DNA from: Candidatus Hodarchaeota archaeon
GTDB lineage: Archaea; Asgardarchaeota; Heimdallarchaeia; Hodarchaeales; Hodarchaeaceae
Assembly: GCA_029856365.1 (NCBI GenBank)
Contig: JAHQWW010000056.1
Location: forward strand, 1-23,687
Length of the DNA: 23,687 nt
Direction of reading: 5' to 3'
Positions within the stretch are counted from its first letter, which is position 1. Each line of letters starts with the position of its first letter. The notes under the pieces are model-generated. The model was not told the DNA's origin. It did no database searches and saw nothing but the letters and a program-made list of their open reading frames with translations. The position numbers and the translations under genes are program-made. Positions 8,946 through 16,373 of this stretch are shown in pieces.

Positions 8946-9980
8946 TTATATCTCATACACGACTTTAAATAAATTGTTTTTCTCTCTGCGGACTGTTTTT
9001 AGCAAATTGATAACTAAGTTCTCTTCCTGTTTTGTGATCACAGGAAATCCATAAGCTTTATTAATGTATTTCAAAGGTTTTCCTTGAGACAGTCTTTTTT
9101 GTACAAAGAGTTCATGTTTCTCTAAACGCTCACTCATATATTGATTTGCAAATTCCACAACTTCTTCTAAGCGTTGGACTATTATTTTCTCAAAACTCTG
9201 ATCTAGTTCATACCCAATACTATTTCTTCCTGAGCTCATCGCTGCAATTGTTGTCGTTCCTGTACCAAGAAAAGGATCTAGAACAACATCACCTCTCACT
9301 GAAAACATATTAATTAACCTGTAAGCCAATTCAAAAGCGAATGCAGCGCTCCTTTCTCTAGTTTCATTATTCAGTGCCTGTGATGTCCCTTTAATATTCC
9401 AGAGGTCTGAGAACCAATTATTTCGTTCTTCCCAAAAATAAGAGCTTTCTTGTCTATTCAGCTTTTCAGAGGCCTTTTTAAACTCCCTTTTACCCCCTTT
9501 TCTGAGAATTAGAATGAATTCATGCTCTAATGTAACATATGCACCAGGAGGTAACATTCCTGACCCCATAAACTTGTTTGGAGCGTTAGTAGGTTTACGC
9601 CAGATTATTTCTGGCAAAGTACTGAATCCAAGATCAAGACAATGATTTAAAACCCGTGAATGGTTTGGATAGAGGTGAAAGTTTTTTCCAATTGTTCTAA
9701 CAGCATCACCGACATTAATACAAGCAATTCCTCCTTTAATAAGAACCCGATAGACCTCCTTCCAGACTTTATCTAGCTCTTGATGCATTAATTCAAAAGC
9801 TAACTGCCCATTTTGCGCGCTTAGTACTCTCTTAATCTCTGGATTTATTTTGGAGAACAGATCATCCCATAATTCAATGATTGGATACGGTGGACTGGTT
9901 ACTACTAAATCAACACTTTCAGGCTCAATCTTTTTCATAATATTGGAATTATTAAAGAAAATCTGGTGAATAGTGTTCAT
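8946..9980 (-). CDS. Orphan beta-class N4-cytosine DNA methyltransferase, M.MthZI/haloarchaeal Zim-like (probable CTAG specificity)
   Basis: Motif IV VTSPPY is N-terminal and motif I DPFLGTGTT is C-terminal (beta order). KFMGSGMLPP, EHEFILI, YFWEERNxWFSD and FELAYRLINM match the remembered M.MthZI sequence. No endonuclease is adjacent. Confidence 0.88.
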   Translation of the reverse strand: MNTIHQIFFNNSNIMKKIEPESVDLVVTSPPYPIIELWDDLFSKINPEIKRVLSAQNGQLAFELMHQELDKVWKEVYRVLIKGGIACINVGDAVRTIGKNFHLYPNHSRVLNHCLDLGFSTLPEIIWRKPTNAPNKFMGSGMLPPGAYVTLEHEFILILRKGGKREFKKASEKLNRQESSYFWEERNNWFSDLWNIKGTSQALNNETRERSAAFAFELAYRLINMFSVRGDVVLDPFLGTGTTTIAAMSSGRNSIGYELDQSFEKIIVQRLEEVVEFANQYMSERLEKHELFVQKRLSQGKPLKYINKAYGFPVITKQEENLVINLLKTVRREKNNLFKVVYEI

Positions 9981-10045
9981 TCGTATTAACTAACCTTCTT
10001 TTCTTTAAATCTAGAAGACCGAGTAAGAGATAAAACGACAACTAC

Positions 10046-10052
10046 TTATAAA
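10046..10052. promoter_or_regulatory. Possible shared TATA box of the divergent MTase and CDF genes
   Basis: TTATAAA, with self-complementary core TTATAA, lies in the 118-bp divergent gap. Confidence 0.35.
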
Positions 10053-10098
10053 CAATCTGGTTGAGTGCGTTTAACATAGCTTTAAGAATAATTTTTTC

Positions 10099-11004
10099 TT
10101 GAGAAAATCGGAGATCTTTCTGTTAGATAATTATAAACAAATCCAAAAAAAGGCAAGAACTGCAACATTGATTGCTTTAGCTGTCAATACGTCGCTAGGC
10201 CTCTTGAAAATCATCTCAGGGTTAGTTATTTCCAGTATGTCGTTAATTGCAGATGGATTCGATTCACTGATGGATTTATTTATGGGAATATTTGCTTTTC
10301 TTGGAACAATTATTGCTCAGAAACCTGCTGATGAGGATCACTTATATGGGCATGAAAAAATTGAAATGATTTATCTTCTATTAATAATTGGAATTATTCT
10401 ACTTACAGGACTCGTTATCTTTTTTCAAGCCCTCGATCGTTTTATAAAGGGAATAGAGCTGGAATTCTCAATTTTAGGATTAGTAATTGTAATTGTATCT
10501 ATTTTAGGAAAATTAGGTATTTCTATTGTTGTCTATCGAATATCAACACAAATCGATTCAGCCAGTCTTAGAGCTACAGCATTCAATTACATGACTGACA
10601 TGTTATCTTCAGGTTTGGTTTTGATAGCTGTGATGGGAGCTTATATTAAATTTGGGATTATTGATTCCATTGCAGCAGTCATTATCTCACTATTAATTAC
10701 TTATGGAGCTCTTAAAATGCTTGGAGACGCTTTGAGTATTCTTTTAGACCGCGCACCTGATGAAAAAGAGCTTGAACTCATACTTGATTTAGCTACTTCA
10801 GTTGAGGGTGTTAAAGAAGTTCATAAAATACGAGCGAGAATGATAAGAAGCAGGGTTGTTGGTGACATGCATGTACTAGTTGATCCAGATCTTTCTGTTC
10901 GAGAAGGCCATGGGATTAGCGAAAAAGTTTTTGATATCATCCAAAGAAAGCTTGGAGCAAATATAATTATTCATTTAGAACCTTATGAACAAAAAAAGTT
11001 ATGA
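10099..11004 (+). CDS. Cation diffusion facilitator (FieF/MntE-like) transporter
   Basis: SMSLIADGFDSLMD, KPADEDHLYGHEKIE, AFNYMTD, six TM segments and a C-terminal ZT_dimer (DMHVLVD..SVREGHGISE..IHLEP). TTG start is uncertain. Confidence 0.93.
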   Translation: MRKSEIFLLDNYKQIQKKARTATLIALAVNTSLGLLKIISGLVISSMSLIADGFDSLMDLFMGIFAFLGTIIAQKPADEDHLYGHEKIEMIYLLLIIGIILLTGLVIFFQALDRFIKGIELEFSILGLVIVIVSILGKLGISIVVYRISTQIDSASLRATAFNYMTDMLSSGLVLIAVMGAYIKFGIIDSIAAVIISLLITYGALKMLGDALSILLDRAPDEKELELILDLATSVEGVKEVHKIRARMIRSRVVGDMHVLVDPDLSVREGHGISEKVFDIIQRKLGANIIIHLEPYEQKKL

Positions 11005-11398
11005 AGTAATGAAATGATGCATTTTACTGCGTACCTGTTGAAGAATTGGCATTTTCAATTAACATTGCAGGAGTAAAGGTCGGAATAGTCACTTCAGTCC
11101 GCTATTTCATTTGTCGACTCTTGTTTTGAACTGCAGTAATGTTTTTCACTTAATCAAAAATCCAAAGCAAATATTAGTTTCTATTCTTTACTTATTGTTA
11201 ATAGCTATTGTTTCAAACTCAAAGTGGATCAAATCTTTGTTACAAATTACCTAAAAAAATTCGAAAAATCTATTAAAACACAAAGAAATAATTAGGAAGA
11301 AAAAAACCTCATAAGTAAGATCTAAATTATATCCTAAAACGGTAATAATATAGATAGAATATAAAACTTAAAACTGTAAATGTGGATATCTAGAAATA

Positions 11399-12631
11399 AT
11401 GGATTATAGAAATTTATTTATCTTCCTAGCTATCATTTTGGGGATGGCAGTTTCGATTAATTTTCCAACACAAGGATTATTCAACGATAATCAACAAACC
11501 AAAAGTTATATCAATCATGATCCCATCTTTATCGATGGTAATAAGCATTTTAGAGCTACTATTATAGCAAAAAACTGGTTTGGTGATGGAAGTGAATCAA
11601 CACCATATGTTATTGATAGATTACGTATTATAGGGCCAAGGAGTAGCAATTTAATTGAAATACGAAACACTGATCTGCATTTCAAGATAAATAATTGCAT
11701 TCTAAGCGGTGGAAATGGAGGTATTTTTCTTTCAAATGTTAAGAATGGGATTATTTCCTACAATAACATCAGTAAAAACGTCTGTGGCATTTCTCTTAAC
11801 TACTCAACAAACAATATCATTTCCTGGGATACAATCACCCATAATGTTTTGGAAGGAATATTTCTTGATAGTTCTAGAAATAGTAAGTTATCTGATAATA
11901 TTATTACAGATAATTTATGGACAGGAGTTGAACTTTGGGACTCTGGGAATAGTAACTTATCTGACAATTTAGTAACTAATAATAATGGATCAGGAATAAT
12001 ACTTGGGCGCTCTGGGGGCTGTTTTATTTCCTCTAATAATGTCTCATCCAATAAATATACTGGAATTAAACTTTTAGACTCAGAAAGCTGTATTTTGCTT
12101 GAGAATTTTATCGTACATAATAACTTAAATGGGATTTCATTTGGAAACGCCAGTAATGCAAAAATTTTCAATAATATTGTTCTTAGTAATAGATGGTTTG
12201 GTATTAGGATATATGACTCAAGGAGAAACATCTTTACTAACAATACTCTATCCAATAATCACAGATATGGAATTCTACTTGAATCATCTAGTAAAGATAA
12301 TAAGGTTATTCAGAACGATTTCATTGGAAATTATGGAGTAGATTATTCTCAAGCATTTGATGATGGAGAAACTAATGAGTTCCTTTATAATTATTGGGAT
12401 GAGTGGACCAGTCCTGATACAAATGCTGATGGAGTTGTCGATTTGTCATATCTAATTGATGGTAATGCAGGAAATCAAGATAAACATCCTCTAGTTTCAC
12501 AATATTTGATTATAAGTCGTACATCTGATAGATATGGCTTAAACACAATAATTGGATTAATTCTTTTGATAATAACTCTTTCTGTACTTACAGTACTACT
12601 TTTTAAACAAAAATCTATGCGAATATTCTGA
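11399..12631 (+). CDS. Membrane-anchored NosD/CASH parallel beta-helix repeat surface protein
   Basis: N-terminal hydrophobic signal, HDPIFIDGN...GDGS..PYVI cap, many GIxLxxSxNxxIxxNxIxxN repeats, NYWDEW...DGVVD...D..PL cap and a C-terminal TM helix followed by basic residues. Confidence 0.88.
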   Translation: MDYRNLFIFLAIILGMAVSINFPTQGLFNDNQQTKSYINHDPIFIDGNKHFRATIIAKNWFGDGSESTPYVIDRLRIIGPRSSNLIEIRNTDLHFKINNCILSGGNGGIFLSNVKNGIISYNNISKNVCGISLNYSTNNIISWDTITHNVLEGIFLDSSRNSKLSDNIITDNLWTGVELWDSGNSNLSDNLVTNNNGSGIILGRSGGCFISSNNVSSNKYTGIKLLDSESCILLENFIVHNNLNGISFGNASNAKIFNNIVLSNRWFGIRIYDSRRNIFTNNTLSNNHRYGILLESSSKDNKVIQNDFIGNYGVDYSQAFDDGETNEFLYNYWDEWTSPDTNADGVVDLSYLIDGNAGNQDKHPLVSQYLIISRTSDRYGLNTIIGLILLIITLSVLTVLLFKQKSMRIF

Positions 12632-12656
12632 TTGAATTGTATTTTCAATTCAGATT

Positions 12657-13739
12657 TCATCGTGTAACTGGAAAATTTAAAACCTGTTCTCTAAGATCCT
12701 TTAACTTAGAATCTGTTTCAAAGGCTTTCCTTACAGGCTGAATCATTTTATTTAAATAAAAAGCAACCGTATTTTTTAGGTCTGCAGGATGTATTTCATT
12801 GTTAAGATAAGCATTTTCAAGATCAAAATATGAAACGAATTCAATATCGCCACCAAATTTAATAGGACGTTCGACTTTTAATCTATCATACTTTTCAAAA
12901 ATAAAATATTGAATATATTCGAGGATGGGATTATCGCCAACACTTTCAGGACAGTAAGCTTTTTGGATTTTCCTTTTAACCTCTGCTTCACTATCAGTCA
13001 TGAAGATTGCGGCATCAGGATTAGATTTAGACATCTTTAAATCAAGTACTTTTTCTTCGACGCTTGCATAGGACTCCTTGGGAGGATTAAGCCCACGCAC
13101 CATATGATGAGAGATAACTATGGGTTTAGTTCCGAATAATTTCGGTCCTACCTCACGTGCCAGCATGTTTACTTTCCGTTGATCCATACCCAGTTGAGTC
13201 ACATCAACATCTTGCCAAAATATATCAGCACATTGCATACATGGATAAAGAATCTGAGATGCCTGAAGGGTATTAGATTCTGATCGTCCCATGATTTGTG
13301 CAGTGCGAATTATCCGTTTTAAGGTTGAATTTCGGGCAATTTGCATAACTAATTTCCAATACGCATCATTTTGAGCAAAATCAGATGCCCATAGGAATTT
13401 AATATTTTTCAAATCCATACCTGTTAGTCGCCAGACTTCTATGAGATATTTTCCCGCTGTTTGTATATTTTCAAGGTTCCCTCCTAACTTATTGTTTGCC
13501 CAACCATGCCAGTCAGCGACTAAAACGTTAAATCTTGCCCCCGCTTTTATCATTTTATTAATATTTATCGCACGTAGAATCCCTTGGGCAATATGAACCT
13601 GGCCACTAGGTTCAAAACCATCGTAAGCAACAAAGTTCTTTTTTGCCTCCAATAACTCTAGCATCTCTTCTTCTGTGACTATTTCTTCTCCAACACTTCT
13701 GATCAGATTTAAGCGTTCCTCAATATTCAAGTTAATCAC
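12657..13739 (-). CDS. tyrS: Tyrosine--tRNA ligase, archaeal type with HIAQ signature
   Basis: AYDGFEPSGQVHIAQG, ADWH, YPCMQCADIF, GMDQRKV, KMSKS, KIQKAYCP and HPADLK; GTG start. Confidence 0.96.
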   Translation of the reverse strand: MINLNIEERLNLIRSVGEEIVTEEEMLELLEAKKNFVAYDGFEPSGQVHIAQGILRAININKMIKAGARFNVLVADWHGWANNKLGGNLENIQTAGKYLIEVWRLTGMDLKNIKFLWASDFAQNDAYWKLVMQIARNSTLKRIIRTAQIMGRSESNTLQASQILYPCMQCADIFWQDVDVTQLGMDQRKVNMLAREVGPKLFGTKPIVISHHMVRGLNPPKESYASVEEKVLDLKMSKSNPDAAIFMTDSEAEVKRKIQKAYCPESVGDNPILEYIQYFIFEKYDRLKVERPIKFGGDIEFVSYFDLENAYLNNEIHPADLKNTVAFYLNKMIQPVRKAFETDSKLKDLREQVLNFPVTR

Positions 13740-13906
13740 CTAATGATAAATTAGCACCTTTGTTGAGCAATAAAGAACTTCTCATTTATTTCAAATATGA
13801 ATAAAGACCAATTAGGGCAAGATGGAAGACTCTGTTTTAGGGTTACGATATTAATGTTCTTGGATATATAGCAAATTTTTTTATTCAAATAGGTAATTTC
13901 TGAACT

Positions 13907-14602
13907 ATGAAAACTATTGGTCTGATCGGAGGCATGAGTTGGGAATCCTCCCATGAATATTACCGAATAATTAATGAAACAGTCAAAGACTACCTTGGAG
14001 GCCTACACTCTGCGAAAAGTATTATGTATTCTTTTGACTTCGATGAAATTGAGTCTCTTCAACATCAAGGGAAATGGGTGGAATTAGGCCAATTAGTAAT
14101 TGATGCTGCTCAAAAACTTGAGAAAGGAGGAGCAGACCTGATTGTTATATGTACAAATACAGTACATAAGGTAGCTGACGAGGTACAAAATAATATCAAC
14201 ATCCCATTATGGCATATAGTCGATGCAACTGCTGAAAACATAAATGAAAAGGGACTTCGGAAAGTTGGGTTATTAGGAACTAAATTTACAATGGAAGAGG
14301 GTTTTTATAAAAACCGATTAACAGAAAAATATGGTTTACAAGTAATAATTCCAGAAGAAGAAAAGCGACAAATAGTACATGACATTATTTACAGAGAACT
14401 GGTTATTGGTATAATAAAAGAAAGATCAAAAGCAAAATTCATTGAAATTATTCATCAACTTAAGACAATGGGAGTAGAGGGGGTAATTCTTGGCTGCACA
14501 GAAATTCCTCTTTTAATAAAACAAGAAGATGTGGATCTTCCATTGTTTGATACCACAACAATCCATGCTAGCTCAGCAGCTAAATATGCTTTAAGAACTT
14601 AA
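13907..14602 (+). CDS. PLP-independent aspartate/glutamate racemase family protein (YgeA/RacX-like)
   Basis: MKTIGLIGGMSWES, GGLHSA, ICTNTVH, GLLGTKFTME, LGCTEIPL and FDTT; 231 aa. Confidence 0.93.
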   Translation: MKTIGLIGGMSWESSHEYYRIINETVKDYLGGLHSAKSIMYSFDFDEIESLQHQGKWVELGQLVIDAAQKLEKGGADLIVICTNTVHKVADEVQNNINIPLWHIVDATAENINEKGLRKVGLLGTKFTMEEGFYKNRLTEKYGLQVIIPEEEKRQIVHDIIYRELVIGIIKERSKAKFIEIIHQLKTMGVEGVILGCTEIPLLIKQEDVDLPLFDTTTIHASSAAKYALRT

Positions 14603-14807
14603 AAAGTGATATTGACCCAATTGGTTAGTGAGTTCATTCTTGGAAATAAAATCCCCCTAAATACAATCTCTTTTCATCTACGGGAAAAATCTTATAATAT
14701 GATATTTGATGAGCAGTCTATATTTCCGTGGTATTTAATATAAAGGAAAAAAACTTCTAATTAACTGTTACCCACTTTTTAAGTCAAAGTAGTAAAAATT
14801 TATTTTG

Positions 14808-14837
14808 TGTTCAATCAATAGAACAAATAATGTTCAA
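14808..14837. promoter_or_regulatory. Putative operator made of three alternating TGTTC half-sites
   Basis: TGTTC(14808-14812)-N8-GAACA(14821-14825)-N5-TGTTC(14831-14835). TGTTCAA occurs twice directly. It lies just downstream of TATA-like AAAATTTATTT and about 50 nt before the start at 14886. Confidence 0.45.
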
Positions 14838-14885
14838 ACTTTAGGATTAAATATTTATGAGATTTCATTAAATTAGTGATTTTTT

Positions 14886-15701
14886 ATGAATAGAATTTAT
14901 TTAAACATAATATTAGGAGTTAGTATGACTGCAATTGTCTCTTTAGGAGGACTTTTTGCTACCCCATTTTTGATGACTTATTTTTTTCCAGATCAGATTA
15001 AAGAAATTCGTCGTGCAGACCACATTTACCATATATCCTTCGATTATCATAATTATTCAGAAATGACTCTTCCAATCACATCATTAGGTATTTTTTATAG
15101 AGAGTTCAACAGTACGAAGTTACACCATCCTGATCCATATTTTGTGGGTATTTTTGTGACAAGAGAAGGCGTGAATAAAGATAAATATATAACGAATGAC
15201 TCAATATGGAAATTTCATGCGTACCAAGGTTATGAATATAATGATTGGAATGTTGCAATGGTCTTTGGTGCTCATACTAAAGTAAATCCAGACATTTATA
15301 TTCATCACAACCATATTTCTTATGAAGTGATTCTTTTCAGTCAACTGATACTAGAAGCACTTTCAATTGCGCCAGTTGTTAATGAACTTGTCTTATTTCC
15401 GAATTTAAATTATTCAGAAAGTCGTAAGGGTACTGGTGATTGGCAAATACCAGAGAATTGGGAGTTTTCAGCAAGAATAATGTTTGAAAACGCTACATCA
15501 ATAGATATAGATGCACACAGGGATGGTTGGTTACAATCTATAAGATTTCAGTGTGAGCAATGGGCTACCACAGAAGAAGGAATACCTTATTGTGTCGTTG
15601 GTGCAGGGCCTCGCATCTATAAAGAATATGGGGCTATATTCGATGATTTTCATCAAACTTTTGGACACTATGCGCGTACTCACATAAGTTGGATTAAATA
15701 A
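14886..15701 (+). CDS. Hypothetical protein with an N-terminal membrane anchor and a probable extracellular domain
   Basis: 271-aa ORF with a hydrophobic N-terminal segment, five N-x-S/T sequons and a close Cys pair. Only 2 bp separate it from the next gene. Confidence 0.75.
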   Translation: MNRIYLNIILGVSMTAIVSLGGLFATPFLMTYFFPDQIKEIRRADHIYHISFDYHNYSEMTLPITSLGIFYREFNSTKLHHPDPYFVGIFVTREGVNKDKYITNDSIWKFHAYQGYEYNDWNVAMVFGAHTKVNPDIYIHHNHISYEVILFSQLILEALSIAPVVNELVLFPNLNYSESRKGTGDWQIPENWEFSARIMFENATSIDIDAHRDGWLQSIRFQCEQWATTEEGIPYCVVGAGPRIYKEYGAIFDDFHQTFGHYARTHISWIK

Positions 15702-15703
15702 GG

Positions 15704-16213
15704 ATGATTTTTGTGGAGAAAAGTAAAAATCGAAATACAGAAAGAGAGATCTTCCATAATGAGATTGATCTTAATAATCTTAGAAAAGACTTGAGAGGTA
15801 CAACTTTACAAGTCTATTTACTTCTTGCGAAGGCAAAAGATCGAAATTTTGGAGTTCGGGAGATACAACGAGTATTAAATATGAGTAGTGTTTCTCTGGC
15901 AGATTATCATCTGAAAAAACTCGAAGAGCTAAAAATAGTAGAAAAGGATTCTCACGGTAAATACAGAGTGACTGAATTATTACCAATTGGCGAAATGGAA
16001 GAGTTTCTCGTATTAAAGGGCAGGTATTTACCTAAAGAGATTTTTTATTTATCATTCTCTACCTCCGCTTTGATCCTAAGTGTAGTATTTTTTCTTCTAA
16101 AATTTTGGGGGCCAATGTTGGCTATTCTTTTTGCAAGTGCTTTTTTAGGTGCAATCTATTCGTGGATAAGATTTTCATCCCTTTGGAGAAGAAAAAGTGA
16201 AGAATCTTATTAG
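15704..16213 (+). CDS. Winged-helix transcriptional regulator with two C-terminal TM helices
   Basis: LRGTTLQVYLLL...GVREIQRVLNMSSVSLADYHLKKLEELKIVEKD..GKY is an archaeal ArsR-like wHTH, followed by two hydrophobic helices. Confidence 0.85.
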   Translation: MIFVEKSKNRNTEREIFHNEIDLNNLRKDLRGTTLQVYLLLAKAKDRNFGVREIQRVLNMSSVSLADYHLKKLEELKIVEKDSHGKYRVTELLPIGEMEEFLVLKGRYLPKEIFYLSFSTSALILSVVFFLLKFWGPMLAILFASAFLGAIYSWIRFSSLWRRKSEESY

Positions 16214-16348
16214 CAAGTTGCTACAAACTATTTAACTTTTCTAAAATTATTCAAATTCAAATCAATTTATAATAAAGTCTCCTTTTGAAATTATTTAATT
16301 CAGATAAAAAACACAACGATTCATTTACTTTGTATTCAAAAAATATAT

Positions 16349-16364
16349 TTAATTCGCGAATTAA
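16349..16364. promoter_or_regulatory. Perfect 16-bp palindrome, candidate operator of the MmpL gene
   Basis: TTAATTCGCGAATTAA lies directly after AAAAAATATATTT (BRE/TATA-like) and just before the start codon. Confidence 0.55.
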
Positions 16365-16373
16365 TTCAGCATT

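Noticed and set aside
8946-9980. Methyltransferase as part of a restriction-modification or defence island, or a mobile element
   Set aside because: No nuclease, integrase, transposase, terminal repeats or target-site duplication is visible nearby.
11005-11140. Coding-looking stretch after the CDF stop
   Set aside because: Short frames on both strands with no recognisable motif or convincing start.
11700-12330. Periodic AAT-rich repeats that could suggest a DNA repeat array or CRISPR
   Set aside because: They are explained by the Asn/Ile-rich beta-helix protein repeats; there are no identical direct repeats with spacers.
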